Below, in pieces: positions 22,001 through 35,000 of a DNA stretch of 64,000 nt; position 1 is the first letter of the stretch; each line of letters opens with the position of its first letter. The stretch spans positions 558,001 to 622,000 of the forward strand of contig QPGO01000020.1 in assembly GCA_008632985.1 (NCBI GenBank), read 5' to 3'. The position numbers were made by a program, and so were the translations under genes. The notes under the pieces were generated by a model. That model saw only the letters and a program-made list of their open reading frames with translations, was not told the origin of the DNA and did no database searches. This stretch comes from Psammoneis japonica (Eukaryota).

Positions 22001-24553
22001 AGGCCCGCTGTTCCGCCCTTCGTCGTTTCATATCCCTTCGCCGCCTAAGACAATGGGGTCATTTCCAAGAATTTTCCTTGTTCTAAGCATCGTGCAAGTT
22101 ACCGTTGTATCAACTTGCTGTCAATACGAATCAGCGCTCATCGGAGCGGTACTTTTCACCTCAACGTAGCAAACGTCGAGGTTCTGAATGGTAAATCAGT
22201 CGATACATTTATCGAACGAGCAGCAAGACTGACTTCATTTTGGCCAGCCTTTGAGCTGTCTTGTTCCATAGAGAGCTATCGATACAAATGAGTTTACTGT
22301 GTGACTTGAAGGAACTGCGCCTTTGGCTGGAATACTTGAAAAGGCATTTGTTCAAGCTGGTTTGGACGGTTTAGCTGTTGTTAACGGCTCGCAGCATGAT
22401 TCGTCTTCCTTGTTTTTCAATAAAATCAATACGTCCGTAAAGCGAGGTGCGTCTCTGGAATAAAAAAATTGCTTGGATCCTGAAACCAATAAGATTGTTA
22501 GTGGAGAAGAAGGGGGGTTACCTGTCCGATGGAGAGAATAGTAGATTACCCATAGAACTCTTACGGCCTGCAAGATGAAGAGCTGCTCTGGAGGCCGTTC
22601 CAGATAACGGTCCGGCAAGCTGCGGTGCATTCCAATTTTGAGTTAGAGGGTTCGGGAGGATCTCCCTAATGTTGAGCCCAGCCTCGTTGAGGTAGAATCG
22701 TTTCTTGATGTGCCGGTAGTCGGCGATCTTAGCTTGTCGCTTGGTTTGGATGAGTTGGTGCCTTTCAACGTCTGGCGAATGCTCTGACGTCAAAAGAGGC
22801 ACCAGCTCACGACGGACGCGGAGCTCAACTTGGAACGAGATCCGCAGAAACGCAAGGCAACCTAGAGAATCGGAATTCAGACACGGAGCTCGACATGACG
22901 CGGTGACACGGTCGAGGAATTGAATTCCAAGACAGAAGCAATACTCGATGATGATGAAGAGCCAGTGGATAAGTCATCTGAGGAGAAAGGATCAGGCGCC
23001 GCGGTTGCGATGTTGAGTCTCAATACAGAGGCAGCAGTAGCCCAACCCATAAGGAGGCTGCCGAGGTGATCGACGATGTTGTTGAAGATAATGCGCCTTT
23101 GTCTCTTTTGAAGGAAAGGATCCCTCGGAAGTCGTCGGGAAGCTGATAGGCAGATTGCTATTCTCTCTTGAACATTCGTTAATGCAGGAAGAAGAGGGGT
23201 ATGTGCGACCATGTGGTTGGTAGCCTGTTGCACTCGAGATTCTGATCCTAGATATAGTGCAAGGATGACGAGTGATAGTAAGCTGATCCCCAACGTGCTT
23301 TAGAAAGAGGAGTTAGAGAATTCTCCACATTTTCCCGGATGCAACGGAGCAGAACCTCCGGCCTACATGTTTTGCGTGGGGCGTGTCGATGACATGAAAA
23401 GAAAAAAATATTTTAGCTCGAAATTTACATCTACAGAGAGTACACCAGCTCAAGATTCGGTTTCATCGTTCCACCCACTAAAAAGGTACACTCTGATAAA
23501 CATGACTACTGACTGAGCCAGTTTCAAGTTGGCAAACCGTCCGAAACAAATTACAACCACACAACTTAATCAACGATGCTGAATTTCGGTTGCAGAATCC
23601 TTGATGGGGGTGAGTCGAGCAGTGTTATTCCGCGCAAGCCGTGGCTGGCGACTTCATACTGTGGAGCGAGGGTATCTCTTCCGAGACAGCAGACAGAAAC
23701 ACCGATAAACATTGATGAAGTATAATGGCGGTATCCGACCCTCCTTCAATTCGTTGCCGACGTTCCCGATTCCCGAAACAATGTGGGAAACTAGTAAGAC
23801 GAGACCGACGACAAGACGAGCTCCAGCAAAGTACCGGTACATCATCGACCGTTTTCGCCGTGAAGAAGCCAACTTTCACCAGGCCCTAAGGTAGAACTTT
23901 TCTTGGTAGCCCGTAGTGCCATGGGGAATGCGTGGCGTCCGAGTACAATACGGTATAGCAAAATGAGAGTTGCATTTGGTACTCTAAAATGCCTTTCGTT
24001 TCTGTTCCACCTTGAGTAGAGACTGGTAGAAGTGCTTGTAAAGGAGATAGGAGTGTCAGCGCTGTGAGACAACTGCTCAGATGAAGTCCTGTCCAAGAGT
24101 CTCCCACAGTTCAGAGACGGCCCCCGACGGACTCAACACGAGCGATCATTCACTTGTCACTGTCTAGAATCCATGGATCGACCAAAGGTTGTTGGACGGC
24201 GAATAGGTACGCCTCATATTTGTTGTTTCTCTTGTCGGTCGAGATGACGTTGTTCACGCTCCGTGTGATCGCAAAATCTTCTCCGTGAAAGTTCAATGCT
24301 TCTTTCATTTCTTTATTGGTTGACGGATGACAAGCTGATATGAATTTACCCATGTGAAATCTACTAGATATCCACTTGAGATCATGCTTCGGCGGAACCT
24401 CCACTACAACATCATATCACATACGCAGCTGTAGATGCATCCGCATTCAATTCATGCCAGCCGCAACGCATTCTAGAAGCGCAGTTTCAAGGAGTGTGTC
24501 GCTCTCTGTCTCGTTCAAAATTCCACAATGTTGAAAGCTGTCTCGCATCCAGC

Positions 24554-25581
24554 TCAATTTTCTACTTTCTTGCGGTAATCTTCGCGCCCACCACAAAGTA
24601 TTTGGCCCCCGACAACCACTGCTCGATGACCTCTCTATTCTCGTCCTTGAGTTTTACCTCCACCTCACGAAATCCCGCATCCACCGAGTATTCTTACACA
24701 GACGCCAATTGTGGCGCCGCGGCAACTCAGCAACAGCCATCGCCTCGGCCGGCTTGAGGCGATGGGGTATCGGGTATGATCTTTTCGGGGCAAATCACGA
24801 CGTCCGACACGGTAATGCGGCCACCCGGTTTGAGAATGCGGTGTGTTGCTTGAAAAACCTGCGGCTTGTCAGGACTGAGATCAATGACGTAGTGGCTCAT
24901 AACACAATCCACCGTGCCGTCGACTACGAGAAGGTGTTCAATCTCACCCAAATGGAATTCGACATTGGTCGTCTTCTTCTTGTTGGCATGAGTTCGTGCC
25001 TTGTGAATCCTATAGGGTGTCATGTCGACACTGCAATGACCGTCTCATTCTCAAGTAGGCTGGCAACCCTCATGGGATTGCCACAACCCAGTCCCAAATT
25101 GGAATCCGTGCCCGCCTTGATGATTTGTTCCGGCGTGTAGCCCATTGATGTACCATTCGTTGCAGATCCGAGGGGTTGGTTGTAGCGGAATTGGGGCCCA
25201 ATGAACCGTCAGGATAGCACACGGAAGGTAAAGTTTCGTGGTGTTGCTGGTACTAAAAGTGTGGGTAATAGGGGGGCAGCAGCCTCCTCCATTACTGGTA
25301 CTGACAGTTCCTGTGGAAATCTCTTGAAGATTGGTGCGAATGAGACACGGTATCTCGTACAAGCCCAATTCGATTGCCAGGTCCTCCAGCTCGTCACAAA
25401 TGCCGGTATGTAAAATCAAAATTTGGGATTTGACGGGGCAGAGCCACAGCAAGTAGAACCATTGTCGTAGTCTTTTTCGAGCAAAGGCAAATCGATAAGG
25501 AGAGACTTGCATCTGGGTCCACCAAAGGATATCACAGCCACCACGAGAGCAAGGTGGCTTCATCGTTAATTGCATCGACAA
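24554..25581 (-). pseudogene. Arsenite methyltransferase (ArsM/AS3MT-like), frameshifted
   Basis: Fragments in different frames: NLGLGCGNP, VEFHLGEIEHL, VDCVMSHYVIDLSPDKPQVFQATHRILKPGGRITVSDVV and AGFREVEV. Confidence 0.85.
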
Positions 25582-27040
25582 AGGGCACAGTCATGCTGCC
25601 ACTTTAGAATGCTGCAGTGTCAGCACTCGAGTTATCTCTCTGTTGGTGTATAGTGTGTTTGCTGTTGGTTCAAATATACCGTATTGCTTCTTCTGCTCTT
25701 GGAAGCGACGGTAGTACATCATTGGTGATTGATGTTGCGTTGCTTTTGTTTCGCGGATCGGAGGGAAGGAAATCTTGGAGTTCGGAGCTCGTCCTAGCAG
25801 TTGTGATGACTTGGGCTGACGTCATCGGGGTTCGCATACAAGATCTTTTTTACACAAAATATGATAGTAAAAGAAGCCGTTGGCTTTCCCGCCACATTTT
25901 CGAAAATTTTGAAACGGCAAGCCCGGACGGACAAGCAGTTCCGAATCACTTTGCTCATTGTTGCACGAAGCACACAAAAAATCTCCATTTGACCTTTTGA
26001 AACACATCACTCTCTTGATCGCCATGGTTGCGTCAGTTCTCTGCTAAAGGTGAGTCGATCGTCTCGTTCTCGTTGCGAATTAGATCTGCTGGAGTTAAGT
26101 CATTGAATGTCGTCCGCACACGATTACCATGTAGACCTGAAGGCTTGGGTCCTTGACGGTTTTCCTCTGTGCGTTTGATTGCGTATATCTTTGGAAGTCG
26201 GTTCGAGGCGAAATGACGATTGCCTGTCAAAGTAGTCCGTGGTTCCGACGGAGATACACCACGATTGCCAGCAAACTCGCTTCTTGCGTGTGCGCTGAAT
26301 GCTTGTAAACGTCCAATACGGCAGTAACCCGGTGCCAACCAACGCACTTTTTAGTGCAACGGTTGTTTAAGCAGGAACCATATGAGGGCCAGCCTCTGCT
26401 TTCTTTTTTTGAACGCACGCTGAACGCCTGTAGACGTCGTGGACTAAGACGGTGTGCTTGATAACCCCGAAGGGCAGCCTTTTTCGTGAAGGTTGTAAGG
26501 TGGTTCAGACCGCTTGAGTTGCTCATTGAGCATCTCATATCTGATCCCCCGTAGGTTTAATACTCCTATGGGTCGCCGGCCCGTTATATCAGCTATATTC
26601 TCCACGTCCCACAGCGTTTGAAGATCTGTTTTGTTGCGTTTGCGATTGTGACCGTCTCGCTGAGTTATACTTTGTAACTCACACTCTTTTTTCAGATTTT
26701 GATTTCTATTTGGACAGACGATACAGTATGAATGGAGATATGCAGCTATTTATTATTTACAAGGTTATCAATTGCTGGTCCATGTTGACGATCGTACGGC
26801 TGCAGTGTTGTCATGGCTCTCTCTAGAGTCCTACCCGTACGAAGAAAGCGTGCTATCTCCGTCTCTCAGCGATTCCTTCCGGAAGCATGAGCAGAACTCA
26901 AAGCTGTCACATGTATCGAGAAGGATATCCAAATATCCTTGTTATAGCAACATGCCGGCTGAAGTGCTCCGTCAAGCGCCATCCGAATATCAATTGTATC
27001 TACCTTCAAGCTTCATATCGAGTCCAACAAGGCGAATCAC

Positions 27041-27465
27041 AAGATGTGTCAAGTCGATATAGTTGAAGAATGATGCTTGCTCTTCTTCGGAAGCACTTCG
27101 TTGAAGGTAGCACTAGTCATGTACTCGATATGGCTACGCTGCTGCTTCCAGCGAGTCTGTCGCAGGTTCATGCCGTGCCTCAAATAAGGATGCATCGTAA
27201 GATGAATAAGGAAAGAAAGAGAGAATCGACGAAAGCTGCACTTCGATGGGATTTACCATTGCTAGGAGCCACTCGGACCGAACCTTTTCTTCCCTTGTCA
27301 TGTTGCGACATCTGTTCTCGCGAGGTATTTTCCAACTACCGTAAGATGTGTCAAGTCGAAAGACTTGGAGAATTACGCTTGCCTGCCTTCTGAAGCATTT
27401 CGTCGAAGAACACAAGTCATTTCCTCGATATGGCTACGCTGCTGCTTTCAGCGAGTCTGTCGCTC
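27041..27465 (+). repeat. Diverged direct repeat (~120 bp, ~300-bp spacing)
   Basis: AAGATGTGTCAAGTCGA and CTCGATATGGCTACGCTGCTGCTT.CAGCGAGTCTGTCGC each occur twice. Confidence 0.75.
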
Positions 27466-29009
27466 TTTCATGTCGTGCTTCAAATATAAGCTATGTGCTC
27501 GACGGTATCATGAATACCCTTCATTTTTGCTTCCAAGGCTTTCTGAGCATACCTGTACTTCTGATGCACTTCATCACAATCCAAGCATGAGACGATGTTC
27601 TTATTATACAGGCGTCTCTGACCCGTGGCAGCAGTTGCGCTCGCTTGTTCCCCGAGAAACATCTCTCTCACGACACTTTTACAAACAAGGCAACTCTCTG
27701 AGCCTTGATAGTTGTTATAGTTGAAGCAGTCCCTCGAGAGTCAAATGCGAATGCCATCCATATGCTCCGTCGCGATTCATGTAACAGTGATTCTACGTTG
27801 TACATAGTCGACCCGAGTGCGCTCTCCAAGACAGAGCATTTGCTTTTATCAGTTTCAAGCGCTCGTATTCTGACCATGTGTGCCCTTCAAGTGATGGAGA
27901 AATGCCAAAGCTAGAGAGGACACTGGGTGCAGTTTGCCTCCTGTACTTTCCTCGTCTGTAGCGGGATCGGTTTGCATTCGTATTAATGCTCGAGTTTGCA
28001 ACAAGAGCCTGCATCGGTCCTACCAGAGTCTATCTGATACACCAGGGTCCAACACACTACGAAGGCGTGACCGTCGTTGCCTCTCAACATGTCATAACTG
28101 TCCACGATTATGTGTTTTGCTTTGGCCGTCAATCTTCAATCTTTATTCATGCGCTCCAAGCAAATGCATCAGCGATGATATCAGTTTAAGAGCCTACCAG
28201 AAACCGGATTCCGATATCTGTAGATGCGACGCTGCTTGTCTCGCCCTCGAGAACCCGAGCAAAGCAGCCGTAGTTTTGCAGCAACAGTAATAACAACACG
28301 AGCCAATCAGAAACTCGAAGACGAGCCCGCAAACGAAGCTCGCCCATTCTCGCAACGGCATTCCCAAGATTCAGAGGCAACCATTTCAAGCCAAGTATAA
28401 TAGCTGTGTATCGTTTCAAGCCCGTACACGAGTCACGTTGGTCGTGCTTCCTCCTGAATTCAGAATGGGACACGCCAAGTTTCCAACTGCACGCTAGGTT
28501 GAGTTATGCAGGGGAAAGTAGCCATTATCTTGCGTCGACCTTGCTGCAAAGCGATCGATAAATTCTATAACGGCCAAGCTCTGTCGTCGGCAACGCATCG
28601 TTGGCGACTCACTCAATCACTGCGTAGACATCAACAATAATACTTTTTCAAGAGCTTCTTTGCAGTCACTTGTAAAGGGCCGAATGTCACCAACTGAATG
28701 TTCTTGTTGAGAGTCGCCGAGTGACTGCTCAGCCCAAACCACGCGGTAGCATAATCACATATCACATTGATTTGCGCCTCATCTCTCCGTCTCGGGAAGA
28801 CGTTTCCCATGCAGTTTCTGAGATGCTGTACCGACTGCCTGTCTGATTTTCAAATTTTTGATTCCTCTTCTTTCTCCTCGCACTTGTATACATAGATGAG
28901 GGATTAATTCTATATATGGATTTTAATATTTTCTTTTGATCTCAACGGATCCGTTTAGGAATGATCGTCAGACGGAAATAAGAGAACATAATTTTAATGA
29001 GGAAATAAT

Positions 29010-32000
29010 GGAGACCACCCAGCCACATGGCAGGCTCTGCCTCTTGTGGACCCTTGGATCTCACCAAGCTTGTGGCTGGCAATGGGATTCTTGACAGAAG
29101 CTCTTGCCTGCACATGCAAACAAACAGCAGAAAGCTCCTCCAAGCATTGCTCAAGTTGCTTGTTCTCTTGGTTGTGCAAGTTGTGCCAACATGTGCTCGT
29201 CATCACAGATTTGCCGAGTTCAACAAAATGAGTGACTCGGACATAAGAGGCAACTTTGAAGATCAGACATCATTTGCTTTTGAAACCCCATGTGCAACAC
29301 CTGATGGCAATTGTGTGTTTTGTTTTGGTGTCAGTTTTTGCAATGATGATGTGCTCCAAGCAAACACAAGAGCAGCGATGAGATGCCAGCTTGAGATCCT
29401 GACAGAAAGTGGGCTCCAACATCTGCCATCCCACGCCCTCAAGAACAGGCACTGTGCCAAAGCCAGATGTGAAGCCTGATGCAAGCCAACCAGAAACTCA
29501 AAGATGGGATGCAGCCAAAGCTGGCCAATTGCACGCTTGCAGTGCCAATTTCAAAGATGCAGAGACAGACATTCCAAGCCATGCAAGAGCTGCACATTTT
29601 TTCAAGTCCGTGCACAAGTCATGGGTGCACTTCACAAGCTTCTAAATAAGCTGGGCAGCCCAAGAAGAGATTCCACTGCCATGAAAGCTGAGCCAATCTT
29701 GCTGCAATCAGTTTGGCAAACTGCATCATGCAGCCTCCAAGCACCCCTTTTGTCAAAGAAGTCAAGCTGGCAACCCCCATCCAGGCACCCCCTCTTTTAA
29801 TGCACAACTCAGCAACAGGTCCAGCTTTGTGGTCACTTTTCCAGAACCAAAGATGCTTTGTTGACTCCCAGGAGCAGCAGACAGCAAGCAATTGTTTTGC
29901 TTCCAGTGTGGCTGTTCTGCGCCCTTGTTGTGATCATGTCAAGCAAAAATTGCTGTGTTTTCAACTCCTGCCTGTGCTGTCACATTGATGATTGGGCAAG
30001 TTTGCACACACAGCAATCTGGACACAGATGAAAAAACAACTGGTTTTAAATTCTGCTGCACCTTTGCTCAGCATTGCCAGCACCGGCTGACCCACCACAC
30101 TTCCAGTGCAGCACCAAGTGTGTGTCAGAAAAAAGGGTCTGGCCAGAAGAGGTGCCACCCTGAGATGGCACCCAATGAGTGCAGCTGGCAATGGTGCAGG
30201 CACCCCAAAGCATGAGCACGTTGCCACTTTTGGGCTCTCATTCAATCATGGACAAACTGCTGCAACCCATTTCTTGATTTGGGTTGTTGAGTGTGTCTTG
30301 CACTGCCTCCTCTGCCCAATCCAAAACAGTGAGCCCAGCCAGCTGGTCTTTGGTCAGGCACTCCTGGCATTTGTTGCGTGTGGACTTGCAATGAACTCTG
30401 CCTTGGCCAGGCAATGTTGAGCTGACTTGCACAGCTCCACATTGCACCTGTGTTGCGTGGTTGTTGTGAGCTTCCACAATTCCTGCCAGCAAGGAGGTCT
30501 CTCTTGTTTTCAGACTGGCGATGTCTCAGCAAGGCCAAGTCACACAACAGTTGAGCCAAGAATTGGGGTGACAAGCTGTTGCCAGCTAACCTCAGTGGGC
30601 ACATTCCAAAGGGCCCAATGGTGACACTCTGTCTCATCCAAAAAACTTCATCAGCCCTCTGTTTGAGCCAAGTGTGTGCGTGAGTGCCCCAACATTCCAA
30701 CATCCAAGTTGCCAAGCAATCATTGAGGATCCAGACCAGCAAGCAGCGCCGTCTGCAACATGTTTCCATTCTTGACAAGAATGTAACTTGTCAATGATTG
30801 AAATTTGTCACATGCATGCTGATTGCATCAACAGATGTTCAACACACACAATTGTTAATTTTGCTTCTTGGCAGTTGTTGAGTCACAAACAAACAAATCT
30901 TTTTTGCTCATTTTAAGCCACCAGTGTGGCTCATTCTGTTCACATTTTAAACACTTGTTGAGAACAGTTTCATTTGTTTTTTCCCTTCCACATTTGTCAG
31001 ATCTCTGCCTTTCTTTAAGTTGCCTGTGTGGCTCACACAAGTGTTTTCTCTGTGTGCTGCAGTTTGCTGGTTAAATCTGTTGTGGCAAAGGGAAGTGAGC
31101 TTGGCAACATGTTTCTGAAAGGCATTTGAGTGATGTGTTCCCCATCACAAAAACATCAAACCAACCATGAAGATTGCAGAGGCTGCAACACTTCTCATCA
31201 CTTCCGGCTGGCTTGCAAGGTGTGTGGATGATCCTCACCTCACACACAAGGTGCTGCAGCATGGTGGCTTTTCTGGGACTTCACAAGTCCAGAATCTCAT
31301 CTGGCCTCTGAGGTGCCTCCAATTGGGAAAAAAATGTTTCAGCCCCACATGCAGACAACTGCTGCAAGGGACATGGGAAGTGCTGCTGCGCTGTTGCTTG
31401 GTCGGGTGAAGAAATCCAGCACAGCTGCTGTGAAGCACAGGGGTCCAAAGTGTTTGCTTTTGAGGATGCAATGATTTCCAGAACATTTCCATTTGATGAA
31501 GATCAGAAAGAGCCAATCTGAGAAAATGCAGCGCGATGGGCATGTTGCCACACAGGAGTTGCTCAAGCAGCAACAACCTCAAAACATCATTGCAATGCTC
31601 CTGACAGAGCATTTCTTTTAAAAGGAAGCTGGAGTCAAGAGCTGCAGAACAAAAACCCAGAGATCATTCCAGAGCTGTGGCAAATGCTCTGTCATGCCAC
31701 CAAAAACAGCAGGGCTTCTGGTTGCAGCACAGTTGTCCCAGCTCTGGTCATTTTTGTGCTGCTCCTTGCCTTGCTGTTCTCTGGTGGGCAGGCATTGCAA
31801 ATGTCTCAAAAGGATTCTTTGGTTTCTGTCACCTCTGACAATGCATGTGCGGCATTTGTTTGACACCACCAGTCCACAAAAGACGCCGTTTGTGGTTTTT
31901 TTTTTCATCCAAAACTTCTCTGTTGGCAAAGGGACAGCCAAGGGCGTTCCACGTCTCCTGCTTGCACCTCTTTCTCCATTTCTTTCATCATTCAGGTGTC

Positions 32001-35000
32001 CTTGGTGGAGGTGTTTGTTGCATTGTTGCCAAGCAATGGCAACATTTGAGACACACAATTCTTGTCACAACAAAAAATCCTTCTGCTGTTGATCCTTGTT
32101 TTGATCAAACCTCACCCACAGAATCGAAACAAATGACTCACAGGAAAGGATTGACAACAGGACAGCTGCAATGACCAAACAAATGATGTTTGTGAGATGA
32201 GAGATGTTGATGCAACATGACAAAGAACACTGATGTTTTGCAACTTGCTGGTGCTGAAACTCTGGTTTTCTTCCATGCCAGCACCGCACGTTGTGTGGTG
32301 CCAGAATTGCGCACTTCTTTTTGTTGACTTTTTCTTTGATTTGGCTGGGCTTGGACAAGTTTTGTGCATTGTTGCCTGGTGATGGTGACATTGCAACACA
32401 CAGTCATTGTCACAAAAATGCTTTCTGCTGGCAATCACTTTGACCAAACCTCACGAAGGGGAGTGGAGTGAACAATTTGTTGAAGACAATTGCCAGCAGG
32501 ACAGCCACAACAAGGTTGGCATGCAACAGACTGAAACAGAAATTGTCATGGTGACAACATGAGAAGGGTTGCATGTCACTTGCAAAAAATGCTCCATCAG
32601 ATGGTCTCATGCAGACTTGTGGGGGGTCCCCGTTGAGTCACCTGTGTGGCTCATTTTGTCCCCATTTTGAGCTGTTGTTGAGAACAGTGTCACTTGGTTT
32701 TTTTTTTCCATTTTTTAGATCTCTGCTTTTGTTTTTGCTCATTTTAAACCTCTCAAGAACAGCTTCACTCATTTCCTTTTCCTTCCATTTTGTTGGCTGT
32801 CTGCCTTTGCTTTGTGCTCTGTCTCTGCTGCACCTGTCCTTTTTTCCTGCTGGACACTGCACAGCTCATCCTTGGATCTGACATTCACCAACAACAATGG
32901 CACACCCCTGTCACAATCCACTTTGTTGTTCTGGCTGGATGTGTGACAATGACAAAAACAACAAGCGTGCACTCCAGAGACATTTTCAAAGACATCTCCA
33001 GTGTTCTTCTTTTTTCATTTTAGCCTTGACCCTGATCATGACTTTGGGAAGCACACCCCCAGCTGCCAAATCCAAAAATTTGTGACACTGCAAAATTTGC
33101 AACAAACTCCAAATTCCCGCACAGTTGCCATGCAGCAAGTTGAGAAATGACCCTTGTCACACCCTCCAAGATTGTCTTTGCAATGCGGGCAACATCCTCT
33201 GGTGCAATTTAAGGTGCAGGTGTTCTTTCTGCTTTGATTGAGAAAAGACATGATGCACAAGAAATGACAAGAAATCCTCATTTTCAAAGGAAATTGCCTT
33301 CTTGTGCAGCAACTCATGCCCGCGCATTGAAAGATTTCAACAAAAATGACCTTTTTGGACAACTGCACCACCTTTCCTCACAAATGAAATGTCACACAGC
33401 TCTTCACAATGACAACAATCCAACTTGTTTGTTGTTTCATGTCACTTGCAGACCTGCCATTGTTGAAACAGCAGCATTTGCTCATTTGAAGCAAAAGATG
33501 AAGCACACAGTGACCTTGCATGTGCTTTCATTGTCAAAAATTTTGAGCCATTTGTCTTTGCAAATTAATTTGCGACTCACAAATTGTGCATTTCAGCAGC
33601 CAGTGCTGCAGCAGGAAAAGAAGCACTGGGAACAGCAGGAAGAGCAGCTTAGATTTAAACTTGCCAAGGCATGGTCTTTGCATCTCATGAAGTGAGCAAT
33701 GGCTCCACTGCTTGGAAAGCCACTGCCAGATGACTGAGACTGGGAAAATTGTCTCATCTTCTTCCCTGTCACCATCACTGCAAATGAAGACAATGGCCAG
33801 AGTTTGTCAGCCACATGTCCTCAGTTCCAAGGGGTTCATTCTGGTGCTGAGTTTGATGACATGTCTTGGTGTCTCCAATTGCAACACTTGAAAAAACAAA
33901 ATGGAGCATGTGGTGGTGTCTTCATGTCCCAGCACATGTGTTCCAAACACCAAGCCATGTCATCATCATCACCACAAATGCACATTGGTTTGAGTTCCTG
34001 ATGCTTGCAAGACATGCACCCCAGCTGCACTCAGTCTGCATTTGTTGAGTGGGTTGGCCCAATTGTGGTGTCTTTGCACTCTTGATTTGAGAAGCTGCAA
34101 GCCTTGTCTTGGGCAACAGCAGCCCCTTGTGTGATTCCTCCACAAACAAAAAGATGCCCAGCTGCACAAGGTGTGGAAGCACGAGGCTCACAGATGTGGC
34201 AAAAGAGGCGTGCAGTTGTCTTGGGATGGCATTGGAGGACTCCAGTGGTGGGTTGCCAGGGACATGCTGACAACCATGGTTGGGAAGCAAATGCTTTGTC
34301 TTGTGTCAATGCAGCACCTTGTCTCTCTGACATGGCTGGCTTTGGCCCAGTCTGCCAACCTGCAGAGACAAGAAAACAATCTGTGTGACAGCGCAAGTGC
34401 TCTGTTGTCTTGAGATGGCATTGGATGAGTGGACTCCATTGGGTCCCAGAGGATGCAATGACAACAAAGGTTGGGAAGCAAAGGCCATGTCTTGTGTCAA
34501 CACAGCACCCTGTCTCTTTGACATGACTGGGTTCTTTGGCCCAGCCACCCCACCTGCAAGGACAAGAAAGCCATCTGTGTGACAGTGCAAATGCTTTGTT
34601 TTGTCTTCTTGGGATGGCTTTTGGCAACTCCATTGGATCCCAGAGGAGCCAACAACAACCATGGTTGGGGAGCAAATGCCTGCTTGTCTTGTGTCAATGC
34701 AGCACCTTGTGTCTCTGACATGACTGGCTTTGAACCAGCTGCCCCACCCCGAGACAAGAAAACCATCTGTGCAACAGTGCAAGTGCTCAGTTGTCTTGGG
34801 ATGGCTTTTGGTGACTCCATTGGATCCCAGAGGAGCCAACAACAACCATGGTTGGGGAGCAAATGCCTGCTTGTCTTGTGTCAATGCAGCACCATGTGTC
34901 TCTGACATGACTGGCTCTGGCCCAGCTGCCCCATCCACAGAGAAAGAAAACCACCTGTGCAACAGTGCAAGAGCTCTGTTGTCTTGGCATGGATTTTGGC

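Noticed and set aside
19700..24420. Several 80-190-aa ORFs (e.g. 20037-20567, 20710-21288, 22518-23293)
   Set aside because: Possibly degenerate host-gene remnants, but I cannot recognise a family or build a coherent gene model.
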